Both the position numbers and the translations under genes were made by a program. A DNA stretch of 62,855 nucleotides, filler included, from Sphacelaria rigidula (Eukaryota), in NCBI GenBank assembly GCA_964200075.2. It is 9 parts of 9 records of this genome, joined end to end, with 100 filler letters (N's around TTAATTAATTAA, not from the genome) between each part and the next. Parts side by side here need not be neighbours in the genome. Positions count along the whole stretch, not along the records: positions 20,986 to 27,880 come from CAXNAA020017538.1; positions 27,981 to 34,875 come from CAXNAA020017539.1; positions 34,976 to 41,870 come from CAXNAA020017540.1; 6 more parts are not named here. The stretch is one strand, 5' to 3'. The notes under the pieces are model-generated. The model was not told the origin of the DNA. It saw only the letters and a list, made by a program, of their open reading frames with translations, and searched no databases. This document shows positions 27,842 to 41,427 of the stretch, piece by piece. How positions within the stretch are numbered: position 1 is the stretch's first letter; every line of letters begins with the position of its first letter.

Positions 27842-30800
27842 TTTCTGAGGTTAGAATTGTTAGGAGCCCCTTATCTCATCNNNNNNNNNNNNNNNNNNNN
27901 NNNNNNNNNNNNNNNNNNNNNNNNTTAATTAATTAANNNNNNNNNNNNNNNNNNNNNNNNNNNNNNNNNNNNNNNNNNNNGGGCGCGAGTAGGCGGCCGA
28001 ATGAGCTATTAATAGCTCATGAGCTGTCCGACGTGTGCTCTTTTCCCATCAACGCTGAATACAACAGCATGAAAAAAAACCCAGCTTGTGCCGAGTGTCT
28101 TTGCTGTCAACTGCAGACATCAGCGGACGTACGCTGCGGCTGCCCCTGGGTGCATAGTTTTTTACGTTCTAGTATTCAGTGTTATTCATTTTCAATAAGA
28201 TGGAGGCATTATACAAACGTTATATTTCATAACCCGCGGCGTATTGGAGATGGTCATGCTCCAAGGCGGGAAATATGCTAAGGCTAAAGAGGGCCACGTC
28301 CTTAGAAGGCATAGGTCCACATCAGTACGGCAAGGTAGCACGACAGACAACGTAGCAGGCTGAGGCGCCCGGGTGTCAAGGGATGCAATGTCACTGCGGA
28401 GGGAGGAAGTGCTCAATACCCGAAATGTGTAATACACGACAAAGTTGGCACTGTGTGCTTCTAGTCAGCAGTTCAACGAGTACTGTTACGGGTGGGACTG
28501 GAGGGCCTAACGACCAAAAATCAGCGGCAAACCAAAAAAAAATACGTGCGGAGGAATAATGAACACGTCAGTAGGTGGTCGCACCTGAGCCGAGGCCCTC
28601 TCGAGCAGAACGCACGCCTCATCACTTATAAACTTGATTTACTATGGGACAGCTCTAGCACGGGAGATCGCGCGGTTCTCGACACAGGAAGCAAGCCAGC
28701 CTACGGCACTTCACACCCCCCCGCATACACACAAGATCTAGGAAAATCCATTTCACATTTTCCTGGCGTCGCGCCAGAAGCGAGAAAACCCCCTCCCAGA
28801 GCGCAAAACACCTCATTTTTGTCCGTTTGGGTCTGTTGCGGCTCAGTACCACGCTCAAACGAAAAAGTGGATTAGGTTGACCTAGCTTGGGTGTGTGGGA
28901 AGCGCACGCGAGAAACGGCAGTCCAATCCTCTGCTTCGTCACCGATTTCTACGCGTAGCGCGATCGGCACTTTTGGGTTGAGGATTATGATAGTGTCTAG
29001 CGCTATTATAATAGAGGTCCGACATCGCAAATTCAAAAAAATCGGTGTGCATGTTGTTTTTTCTCGCCGCAAGTTGTCACGACATGCAGTTTGGTTGCGC
29101 GTCGGCAGGCGCTGCTGCTTAGTCCTGTGCGGCTGTGCACAACAGGCAATTTCGCCTTTCAACAGCGAGTATCCCTTCAAGTGTCGAATTTCAGAGGGGG
29201 AGTTCACAGAAGACAAACCTTGCGGCTGCTTCGTGTCAGAGCTCCAGTGCAGAAGCCGAGACGCCTGGAGCGATTGTAGCACTTGCACTGCCTTACATCT
29301 GCTAGCGATTGTTGTGATCATGCACTTCGTAATTGTCTGTTTATATATACTAATATAAGAGTGAGATGCAAACTATGCGACGGTCGACAGCTTCGTTTTG
29401 GGCTGCATATTTTTCTCGCAGCGAGCAGTGTGTGACGGTGTTTCACTTTAAGGCGTGCCGCCAGGTGCTGCTTCGTTCTGTACGACTGTGCACAGTGAGC
29501 AAATTAGCCTTTCAACAGCAAGTACTCTTCGTGTATTGAGTCGCAGAGGGCGACGCAATACATGAACTTCGGCTGTTGGATCTGAGGGTTCCAGCGGAGA
29601 AACCAGGGCGCCAAGAGCGATTTTTATTTCAGACTAGACACTGACTGTATATGAACAGGTCAGCAGAGTCACCATATTTCAACTGACTGCCTATACATAC
29701 TGAAAATAATATCTAAACCATGCGATTTACACTAACTTGCATCTTCGACCAGATGCTATTTTTTGGCACCAATGTCACGACATTTGCTTTGGTGGCGGTC
29801 CGCCATGTGCTGCTCTTTTCTGTGGGGATATGTACAAAGGACAACCTCACTTGTCATGAGCGAATGCCCTTTCACACCTTGGCTTGTAGGGGACGAGTTC
29901 ACCGATGAAACACGGCCGTCTTGTGACAGACGGTTCCGAGAGAAAGCCCAAGGGATGCGCGACGCTGCTGCTCATGGTATCCAAATTTCCGTACTCTCTC
30001 GTTCTAGCACGATGTCAGGCACGCCTCTTACTCCAGATGCGTTGGTGTGTGGCGGCCACAACTGCTGCTGTTCGTTTTCTTGTAATGTTATATTCGCAAT
30101 GGTGGTGAACGTGGGGTGGCAGCTCGGGCGCGTGCGCTTCTCGAGTAGTACAGCAGCTGAACACTAGTGCACCAAGAGTTTGCACCCACTGATCTGGAGC
30201 GAGTTATGCAGAGGAACAAAATCATCTCAACACCGAGCACTCACAGGCTCGAAGATATGTACCATGTTTAAAGTACATTTCATATGAGCCAGGTCGTTGT
30301 TTCTAGGTGACGCATGTACTTTTGATTGATATGATTCGTCTGATTACGGTCCAGTTCTTACGCATATAGCGTTCGTGATCAATTTTCCCGAAATATTGTA
30401 CCCAAAATCGGGCCCAAGTCCCAACCATAACTGTAGTACTTACCGACTGTACGATGCGAACCATGCCTCGGTAGGGCTGCAATACCCGCGATCCATCCGT
30501 GAAAAACGGAAAATTTAAAATTTCCACTCCGCCCCATTCCGGAACCAAATGAAACGGTAAAAATGCTTTGCAAAACGTCCATCAATTGCATGTGGAAAAA
30601 AGCTCAAAATCATTGACGCGGGAGCGTTGTAGGCAAGGACCTCAGGTTGATTCTGATACAAGAAGGCTACAGCAACCGCCCCTGCCCTCGCCATACCGTC
30701 GTGGTCTCCGGCAACCTGATTGTGGCACCGTCTGCAAGGAGACGTTGCCCCCTTCCCGAACATCTTCACAGTGGTCCTCGGCAGAAGACACTCTTCTCTT

Positions 30801-33800
30801 CGGGTCGGCTGTACTCGTACGGCCGCGTCTCGCGCGAAACGTCATAAAAAACCGAAGGGCATCTGCCCGTAACATACGACGAAGCCTGGCCGGCGGGTTG
30901 TTCCCGGTGTCAATTTCACCGTCGAGCGATAAGGGGTCGGCGTCAACGACAACGCTGGCAAGATCCGCCGCTACCTCCCCACTGATTTCATGTCGTTTCC
31001 CGCTAGAATTGTCATTGGAAAGTGAGGAATGTTTCGGAACAGTTCATCATCGTGCGCAGCCATCCTTTCAAGCCACGCAACCCCACAAAACGCCTTGGGT
31101 CGCCGAAATCTTGCGTCAACACCTACATGCGGTTTCGAGAAGCACATACGTGAAGTTTCAGCACTTTCACATGCCAGGTGCCTTGTGTGTGGGGGCCTAA
31201 CCTCGACAAGGACCGTCTCCAAATCTTTGAAAAGGAATAGCACTGGCATTATATAATAAATAGTGTGTGCAGCTACTTCGAAACAGGCGGCAAGGCACCA
31301 GGGAAGAGGAGCCGACGACTGAAACCTCTCCCATAGAAAACAAAAGATGTTTTTTCGGTGTTTTTCTTTACAGTGGTGGAGTGGTCGGTATCCAAATGAT
31401 CAAACACGGCTAGTGTGTGAGATGGGCAATTTGTAGGAGCCATGTGTCATGTAAGGTAACATGATGACCAGATTGACCAATCAAATCAATCTAAATGGTA
31501 ACGGCCCCTCCCTTGGGATTTGGTGCCCAGCTTCAAACGTTCCTGGAAACACGCATGCTTGATACGGGAAGCAGTCAAGCAGCCGCTGACGATCCGGGAA
31601 CCCTCTACAACCACCCCGCTCCGCTAAAAGCACCTGCGTAGACCGTCAGCCGGCGATACTGTTCCGAGACGAGGCTTGAAGTCTACGAGTTAAATAATAA
31701 AGGACCTTGTCACAGGGAGGTCCGTACATTCAGTATCATACCAGACTAAGGATGTTGTGGCCACCAGACAGTGCAATACAGTACAATACATGAGTGCAGG
31801 AGGGTTCGAGTTATGATGGGATTTTGTTCCGAGATGGGCTCGAAATCTCCGAGTTAAAATGAAGAAGGACCCTATCACAGCGCTACAGCCGTAGATTCAG
31901 CAACATGAAGGATTCAAAACGTTAGGGGCGACAGTACAATACAAGAGTAGTACAACACAAACTTGCAGCAGGGTTCGAGTTACGGTAGTGCAGAGCCATC
32001 AGCTACTGTTGTAATTCTGCACTACGCTGTACCATCTTTCCATATACGCCGACAGGAAATGGCAAAGAGCGGGACCACAGTAGTACTAGTATAGGAAAAA
32101 CCGTACATGCACAGCAATATGTGTGTGTCCTATCCCATCGTAGCTCTTTCCCGTGGCACGGTACTCGTACAGCAGACTACAGTTTCAAAAACACGGCACC
32201 TGCCTGACAGGACAGTCCACGACAGACAGCACAGCGGCATACTACCCTTCATGATGACGGCGAGTTGCTTCAAGTGTCAAGGCACCGGTGTTGCGTCTGG
32301 ACACAAACCTATCGACCGAATGGGTTACACCTTGGAGCTGCCAAACTGGCTCCGTAAACCAAGAAATCAAAGCCGAAGACGAAAAACAGGGCAAGCACGC
32401 CGTCGGAACAAGTGCTCACTGGACTTTTCTGTGCCCTGCGGTATGTTTCTCTATGAATCCCCAGACAACTCATCCCAAAAAGCCGGGCATTTTTTCGAGA
32501 ACGCGGCTGGTACCTCTTGGATGTTTTGAAAACATGTTCACGTTTGAAATGAAACGGAATGTTCGCCTTAAAAACAACACCTGCGAGACACCAGACAGGG
32601 CCGCCACTACTGCGGTTGTCCGTACACAAAGTATCAGTTTCACATACGGGGTATAACAGCCCCCTAGTCATGACTTTAAAAAGGTCGACTTGCTCGATAC
32701 GAGTACACAACGAGGCATGCACTGGAGGCATATTTTCACAAGACATGAGTAATCAAGCGACACGAGCTTTGAGCGATGTCATATGCTGCAGATCTCAGAG
32801 CATTCCTGGGCATGAATGGCAAGGCATACAACATGGAGGTGGAGATAGATCACAGCAAGTGCACTGCTTGTACAAATGTAAATGTACTGACCAATGGTAC
32901 CGCACCTCTTTCTGAGCACAGTCTGAACAGCGGCCCACTTCCTCCACTGTCGTTGATGGTGGCAGCTGGTCGGCAGCATAAGTCTGCCCCCCCCCACCGG
33001 ACTGTGCATCGTAAGTCCAGAAATTCCCCAGGTAGCCGGAAGTCATGTGGTCAAATGGTATAGAGGGGGTGTTTAGATTGCCCCCCCCTCCGTAATGGAG
33101 TAATTTGGACACCAATCCCTGAGCGGCGGTACTTTCTCGTTGCAGGACTGTCTGTATACCTTCAATGAGTTGTGTGTAGCGATGCTATACCTCCTCGAGA
33201 CATCAAAACTGTAACGTCTTTGTAACGTTTTTCGGGTAGGTATTTTTGTTACGGCTCGACCTCGCCATTCCACCGCACTGACCACATCTCAAAATTTGTA
33301 CTATCTGTACTCTCTGTTCATACTGTTGTCCTGTCCAAAAGCGGGGAAGCATACTTACCCGAGGTGGAGTGTCGGACATCGTGGGTCTCGCGGTCCAGAG
33401 AACCCCGGCACGATCATGGCTCTTCGAACTTATGGCAGTGACACTCTCACCGGTGTATTCTCATGTTCAGCGTCTGGGATGGTACTACGATAGTACAGCA
33501 CCGCCAAGAGGTCGTGTGCGGCGCTCCTGGCTGCCGCATGTGTACCCCCCTTACGCCCAGTCAGTCCAGTGCGGCGTAGATAACTACTCATACACTTATA
33601 GTACAGTACCGCACAAGCTAGGAGTTGACTTTTCACGTTGTGATTTCGGATATTTTCAAATATGCAACACACAACCTCTCAACAACAAGCAGCTCGCAGA
33701 AGATACCACACAAAAATTCAAAACGCCAACGTTTGTATCATGGAGTGTCACGGGCTAATCCAGTGTGCAGTGTACTCGTATTCGTATATTCTCGCACGTT

Positions 33801-35328
33801 CTACAGAAGTACAAGTACGGTGGAGGTAAACTTACAACACTTCTCGCACGATCGATCGCCACTTGAGATAGAATGTATCTTCCATCAACAACTGTATATT
33901 GTCAACTCGAGGGTCGAGACTGAGGACGTGAAGTTTTGACGAGAGGAGCGCATTGACCATCCGAAGGGATGGATACACAGGTAGTATTATAATGGCAGTA
34001 AAGATAATACTCGTGGTGGATATAGCTTTGTTTTCTTGTCTCTTGGAGTCGTGAGGCAGGTTTATCCAAGGAAATTTCTCAAGTAAAGATACGCTTTTCT
34101 ATGGAATTCTCACCTTCAATAGTTGTGAATAAAATATTATGAAACACCGTTATCAACAAATATACTCCTCCAATCAAGTTGATGCACTCCTCTCCTCGAT
34201 ATTTTGGGTCCCGACTCTCGAACCTCGGGTGAATAATCCAACATGTGTAGTTTCTCAAGGTCGTAGACCGTACATTTTTGTTGTAAATACATTCGAGTGG
34301 CGACGAGGCAGAAACCAAAGCAGGTATCGTCGTTCTCGCGTCGATGTCAGCTACACGCTTAACGATTTCAGCACAATCGGGCTCGAAAAATGATGATTGG
34401 GCAGAGATGACCGATTAGGGCGTGTGGTACACTCCAGCCCCCCCCCCCCCCCCCCCAGCTAGTCATCCTATTTGCGCCAGGGACACCTTTTCGAGTCCAA
34501 TAACGGGACTTGCATCATGTAACTTTCCGCTGTATGTTTGAGTGATGCCGTGATAGCCCCCCCAAGAAAAGTGGTAAGTCGAAGAGGGGCACTTTCGTAC
34601 CTCGTGGCTGGGGTGCCACGATACAAACTCTGCCGTGCAGCTGGTCACGGCCAGCACAGCAGGTCCGTATATAAAAACAAACTGGGAGAAAAATCCACAC
34701 AATTGTTCTGTATTTTATATTATTAGATTACTGAAGGCTCAACACCAGAAAACCAATACACAGATATGCTCGACGCCAAATATGCTCAATCACCCTGGAA
34801 ATCAACACACGAAGCTCAACATAACAAACTCACTAACTGCTGAAACCCGTAATATGACGGTGGAAGCAGGAGTAGNNNNNNNNNNNNNNNNNNNNNNNNN
34901 NNNNNNNNNNNNNNNNNNNTTAATTAATTAANNNNNNNNNNNNNNNNNNNNNNNNNNNNNNNNNNNNNNNNNNNNATGCGTGTGTTATGTGCTCTCGGTG
35001 TGTGCAAATCATGATTTCCGACCTTTGATGCCTCGCTTCCGTAGGGTTGATGTGTGACGAATCATGCCCAAAATATTGTGGCCGAAAAAGATAAGCCGCA
35101 ATCTACCCCCACGACTTTGTGAAAATTTTTCTCGGTTGGATACGAATGCGTATATACTGTTGCGTAACACCTTGTTGTTCAATTGTAGACGTGTTTTAGA
35201 GGCTGGCCATTTCTCTAATCATTTTGTCTTCGTTTTGATTTGCCTTGACTTCATTTGATTTGATGTGATTCAAGTGCTTGTTTGTTTCAGTCTAATTTCT
35301 GCCTGTCTTCCACATTTTACAACGTATT

Positions 35329-35600
35329 CGTGAGATTGAGAGTAGATCGCTGATTAAGAGTGGGTTTCATCACTCTCTTCAACTTGGTCATTTTTCCATT
35401 CTGTGTGTGCTTTTTTTTGCCTATATCACTAGCATGTGCCCACAGCTACACGTCGATATCCTACTCAGGGATATTAAGGGCTTCGGTGGCGAGCTACTCC
35501 AGAAAGCTTTCATATCGGGCCTCGTGGAGGGACATTTCGGAACTGAAACGATTGATTTACTAATTGACCGTTTTTCACTCAATCGTATCCTATGATCCCA
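35329..35600 (+). repeat. Dispersed repeat with decayed exon-intron-exon structure; second copy at ~50475-50752
   Basis: Both copies have TGAGATTGAGAGT...GA|GTG..., CAG|CTACACGTCGATATC.TACTCA.GGATAT and GCCTCGTGGAGGG...CAATCGTATC. Confidence 0.7.
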
Positions 35601-37302
35601 ATCTCACGAAAACACTGTTCTTTCTATTTCGTTTTTTTCACTTTCCTTTAGCGAGTGTTTCTGTATTGTTTCATATCGTCGGGTACGTCTATCATGTGAC
35701 CACGGCTGGACCATTGGGGGACCAATTCATATGCGATAATCAATCAATCCATCCATCACCCCCGAGTAAAACAACCAAACAAACAACACCAGGGAAATGA
35801 GACCTCAAAATTGTTGATTCGCTCCTCTCCTCAAAATTGCAGGATCAAAATCTCAAGCACCGAGCGACAAATCACCACAGCCACTGTCTTGATCTCATCC
35901 AAGGGAACCAGCTCCTTGCGGTGCTTGATGTCTCAGCACGTAGCCTAAAAGCAGCCCACTATTTTCTGTTTTATGTGGCGTGTGAAGTGAGGAGACCGGC
36001 TAAAAGCAGCACCGGGGACAAATACAGCACAGCACACTGTTGGCAGTCGACTGTTGCTGGCGACCGGGAAATGAAAGAAAATAATAGACACCACCAAGCT
36101 AAAGCAGCAACAACTGTAGGGTCATCGCCAATATGTTGGGAAAGACATCCGCCGCTACTGCGCGTCTTCTCGACGTTAAACGAGGGGGAAAAAACATATT
36201 TCGCAGATGTCTCCGCCCGGACACAGGGTTTTTAACGCTGTTCTTTTTATTCGGAACAACCCCTACCCCGAGAGAAGTGTACCTATGTGATGTGCGTCAG
36301 AAAGGGAAAATGTCTTACACGGATCACACGTGGACACGATCGACGTCCTCACTCCTACCTAAATCGTCATATGTCGAAAGATATGGCAATATCAACATTC
36401 CATGCCATAATCAATATACTTCACCAAATGCACAAAGTGTGGATTGAGGGGCTCGGTTTCGAAAGTTGTGCCTCGGAATTTGGCACGGAGAATCGCGAGG
36501 GCATACTGAATCGAGTAAGGGCAAGACATTGACATCCTTCACCTTTTTGAATGGGTTGCGGACACTTTTGTGAAAGATAGATTTTGTTTTTCTGTCCTTA
36601 ACTTCTGGTGGAAAATAATGGAATGCCTAATCATACCTATCTTCTCTTTACTCTTGTGATTCTCCGGTTCAAAATCCAGATAACATTTCTCGCAACCGAG
36701 CCCCTCAATCGATTACAATGCTCAAACTCGTCTAGAGACTGGCCAAGATCGTCCTCGCTTCCACACACTTTGAACAACAGAAATCACGTATTTCAAAGTG
36801 ACAAAGCAGAAGAAATTGCAATTGCTGGGGAGTCGAAGACCTTCACTCGCCCTAACAGCTTTTCGGGTGTACCAGTCAGATCACCGGGTTGCGACGGCCA
36901 ATCTCTTCACCAGCACTTCTCTTGGAGCATTAAAACGCAGCAAACTCATAAGCGTAGTTTGTACCAGACCTGCGGAACGGCTATTACACTACTTTATATT
37001 CCTCCCGCATATAGGCGCAGTTCCTGCTGGTGCTGAACGTGTATTTTCTCTCGTCGTAACACAAGGCAAGAGTCACACCAACATTCATCTGGGATACGGA
37101 TATCTAGATGAACGTCTTTATCTCACATGCGTATTCATCTTGGATGCGATATCCGATGTGCTCGTCCGTAGCGGATATCCGTATCCCAGATGAAAGTTGC
37201 AAGATGATCCAAGGACCCTGACTTGGCGTGGTGTCCAACCGTCAAATTCTTGCTCTCATCATCTCTTCCCGCCCCTGCACAACCCTCGCCGTGCCTACCC
37301 AG

Positions 37303-40080
37303 GACGAGATCTCCGGGCTTCTTATTCCTGGACAGACCAAGGCCAAAAAGCCCAAGGGAAACGTTCGGAGGTATGTCCTTCATTTTAACTCGCATGCACC
37401 GCTGAAATACCACGGTGTTAGCCAAGTGCGCTATCGACGAGGACGCTCGGGTAAGGGTTGTTGGTGTGCTTTCGTACCTAATAGATCATGTCCCTAGATC
37501 ACGAGAGGGAAATCAGCTATGCTCTCTGGTTGGATGGTCGAACACTAGAGGGACGTGTTGAACATCACAGAGAAATGTGGTCTTTGCAATCGACATTGTT
37601 TTGGATGCTCCTAGCCGTGCAGTCGTGGCTATACTACGCTGTTCAGAATCGACCCAGTGCTTGGTAGCGGTATCCGTACCCTCAAGCCAAGTCGCAATCG
37701 GGCCCACAACCTACTGCGTTTCCTACGCAGCGCTCCTCACACCAGCCTCATGCAGTGTAGAAATACCCACAGACTTCGACATCGCATCGTCGTCAAATGT
37801 TTTCGCTGAAACAGAAAAGCGGGAGTGGACTCAAATGCAGAAACTTCGGTGGGAGTGGCGGAGGTGGACGTAGTTTCGCTGCTGGGCAATGTCGGAGACT
37901 TCTCCCGCTCGACCGCGGCACTAGAGACCGAGTGGTGTACCGGAGACGTTTTTGCGCTCCAAGACACGGAGTTAGCGTCGGGATGCAGTACCACGACAGA
38001 TTTTATTCGACCCGTAGATGCTAATGGTTCCCGATCGTCACCACCGAGCTCGCTGCTGACAAGTCATGAGCCCAATGCCGTCTTTTCAGCTGGTCGTCTC
38101 GTCTCTTCGGCGCTAACAGCATCACCACCGTTTTCACGTAGTACCAAGGTGGCGACAGCTGCAGGACTCGCTTCTCCCTCACTGGCACCATCGCTATCTC
38201 GCTCATCAACATACGACGGTAACAAGCAGTCGTCAGAAGAAGATACTGTTCCGTCGTCCGAATCTGGAACATTGCAGCGCCCCCCCGTCGCGTCTTCGGC
38301 ATCTTGTTCAAGGTCCACTTTGCCCCCCGGGGTGCCTAAATTACCGCCGGCAAGGGCGCTGAAAGCGGCGGCGGTGGTGGCGGCGAGCGAGGAACACGCA
38401 GGACAAATATCGGGGCAGGTAAAAGTAGCAACTTGCGGGCCGCCCATGCGCAACTTATTGCTCAGCTCCTTCATCGAGGAACAGGGTGCCAACGGGTGTG
38501 GAGGTGCTGCTGCGGCAGTTGGTGGAGAAGTTTCGAAAACATTAGGATGCTCGGCAAAGAGGCAGGGCAACGATACCAATGCGGAGTGCGGGTGGATACT
38601 TGGTGGCCCCGGCGGCTGGCCGTATATGATTCCGCCTGAGGCGGCCAAGTCACAGCTTTTCATTGGGATACGCCAAGCCGTCGCGCAATCTACGTACCCG
38701 TTTGGCACGGGTATCAACGCGTGGCAACCTTTGCCCTTCCAACCCGTGACACCTTTCGTACACCGTATGGCAGAGCAACGTACGAGTCAGCCACTCGTGG
38801 CACCTCTGACGGAGGGTGGAACTGCAGCCATTGAGGTACCGAGTGTAGCCGCATGCGCCGCTTCGAGCCCACCCGGGATAGCTGTAGAGACAACGGCGAA
38901 GGAATTGACTAGGGCAGGTGTATGGGGTGGAGTGAGTGGAGTTCCCGTGGCGGCAGGCGCACAAAACATGACGACTGGGTCGAAACCTTGCGTGAAGATT
39001 CCTTCCAGAAAAACACCTTCGACACCTCGGCTGTTGCCACGCCCGGCTGGTCCGATGGTAGGAGCAGTCGGGCCCGGATGCGGGGGCACGGTTGGGGTGG
39101 CGACGTCACGATCTTCGGCTTCGATACAGCCACCGCGGATGACCTCGCTATTGCCGTGGCCACCGGGGTCCTTGGTACCGGGGGTGCCTTGTGCGTCGCC
39201 TGAGGCGTGGGGGTTAGCTTCGAGTTGGCCTGAGTTACTGGTCAAGGAGTCAGTTGTTGGAGCACAGCGAGGTGAAGCAGGGACGGCAGGGACACACCAG
39301 ATGGGGGTACCCGGGCCGAGGTCAACTGCTTCAAGGTTGCGAGAGGCGACGTTTCCTACAGCAGGGACGGTGCTGCCGAAGAAGGACGACGGACTGACCA
39401 CAAAAGGTGGGAATGTGACGTGTACGAGATCCTCCTCCGCTGTCATCGATATCGACGCTACTCCTGGACCTAACCTCGGCGACAAGCGGAAGTTACTGTG
39501 TGAGGAGGAAACCCAAGGGATAGACTCAACGGGAGCGAGGGGAGAACCCAACGCACCTGCAGGCCTGCCCGCTTCCGGAGAGACCGCCGCATCTCGGACT
39601 AGAGCACGCGATGGTAGAGAGCTGGGGTCCGGTGGCGGTGGTGACCGCGGTGGTGGCGTCGGCGGCGCTAGCGCTGGCAGTAACAAGCAGCGGCGGATAG
39701 CCAACATGACCTCACCCGGTTCCTACAATAGCATCAAAGACAACAAAAGCATCGACTTGACCGGAGATAAGCCATCGACACCTCGGAAGCTACCGACACC
39801 AGACACCACGGTTCCGAGTCTCTTTGGTCCGCTATCGCCAGTTTCTTCGGCCGGAACGTTGCCTTCAGCTATGGCACCGCTGGTATCAGCCGCTGTACAA
39901 CAAGACCAGGTGATTTCTTCGCAGGGAGAACCGATGTATAGGGACGACACGGCACGCCAGTATGTTGAGGAAGCTTTGCTCGAGGGGTCAACGATCTCCA
40001 CGATCGCTGAAATTGACATCGAGTCGGACGAGTTGACTGACGCGTTGAAGGTTTGGGCTGACGGTCTAGACGATATTTGA
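37303..40080 (+). CDS. 3' part of a gene for a long low-complexity Ser/Pro/Ala/Gly-rich protein: exon 37303-37370 plus terminal exon 37815-40080
   Basis: A 2.26-kb stop-free frame. The upstream mini-exon DEISGLLIPGQTKAKKPKGNVR has a CTGAC branch-like site, a pyrimidine tract and an AG|GTATG donor in phase 2, matching the phase-2 CAG acceptor at 37812-37814. The C-terminus is acidic/hydrophobic (IAEIDIESDELTDALKVWADGLDDI*). Confidence 0.7.
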
Positions 40081-41099
40081 TATTAACTCTTGACGCCGTT
40101 CAGATCATGGGTGGTAGAATCAGAGTCGTCGACGAGATATGTGACGCGATAGGTCTGAAGAAAACATTGCAACTGCAGGGAAAGGCGACACGGGTGGGGC
40201 GGTGTGGTTTTGTCCGTTGTATATTCTTGTAGCGATTCGTGGCTTTTCACGATACCTCTCAGCGGTATAATCTAAATGTGTACGGAAGTACTCCGTTTGT
40301 ACATGGGGATCATCTCCCGGTGGTGTGGGTAATTGGTATTATTGCAGAGATCCCCTATTGGTAGCGGTGCGCAGCGATTCTTCCCGTGTGTATAGGAAGG
40401 GGACCTCCTTATTCCATTTGTCGTGCGGTCTATGTCCGCTCAAAAGTGAAACCTGGTATTTGTCGCGTCTATAACCACGTTTGATCCGAGTATACTATAG
40501 CGGTGTGTCGATTCCTATGTTTAAGGTTTCGGTTGCATGGGAGGGTCAGGTTGTTGTTCACGACGGAAATAGACAGGAGGCCGTACTTTACCGAAAAACC
40601 ACGCCGTTGCGTCGCCAAAGGGTGAGGCATGATATAGTAAGAAAATAACGTAAGTTCATGCGGCTCCCAGACATCGAAGAAATGGTCAACCCCCCCCGTG
40701 GTGTTTACTTTTCCGTTCCTTCGAGTCTGCAAAAGCAAAACCCTCGCACGGTGCAGCACCGAGTGATGTGAGATGCTATGTTCAATATAGCTGTACAAGT
40801 AGTGAGTAGTCATGATAAGTCGTACAACTAGGTAGGCCAAGAGGTAGCCGAGTGAGGAATGCCTATCAGTGATACCTTGAATAGTCACTGCGTTTCCACC
40901 AGGCTCGACTTTGTTTTCGTCACCCTTTCGATTCCTCCTCTTCCTCGAGGACGAGTCCGTGGTTTCGGCCGATCAACTTGTCTCTGCCCCGGCGATGTAA
41001 CAACGAAACACGGCTATTCATATCTTCTCATGGTGGGTACCATGAGGAGTGTAGACCAAAGCGCGACAGGAGAGGGAGAGGCAGGAGCGGGGTAGGAGG

Positions 41100-41427
41100 G
41101 GGGAGGGGGGGGGAGGGGATGTACTCATAATCATGCATACCATAGTCACAAGACCACTGACGTCGCATCCCAACAAAGTCGGGACGGAGAACGCCAGGTT
41201 TTTGCCGGACCAGGCTTGCAATCAATCACCAAGCGCGAATAGCCGTCATGTGTTCGGCGAGTCGCATGAGAGGGGTGGCCTGCATCCTGCAAAGACTTTA
41301 CGGCTCAAAGCGTACTGTTCACCTTGTGTATGGATGACAGCCTTCAATGAGTTGCTTCAATTTCGGGTGTATCGTCACTTCCAGGGACAGCCACGGACTA
41401 CACACTGCCTCATGGGTGTCTCACCAT
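41100..41427 (-). repeat. Dispersed retroposon-like repeat; copies at ~59664-59948 and ~20821-20885
   Basis: Shared GCCGGACCAGGCT.GCAATCA...GTGTTCGGCGAG.CGCATGAG...GTCACTTCCAG...CACTGC.TCATGGG.GTCTCA. All copies start at a poly-G run on + (poly-C tail on -). Confidence 0.7.

Noticed and set aside
27981..34875. Endogenous virus segment in contig 5
   Set aside because: Only short ORFs with no recognisable viral or TE motif; cannot be supported without a database search.
38064..39707. Long antisense ORFs (217 and 306 aa)
   Set aside because: Shadow ORFs of the GC-rich sense exon; the same applies to ORFs opposite AHCY and the 44425-47245 gene.
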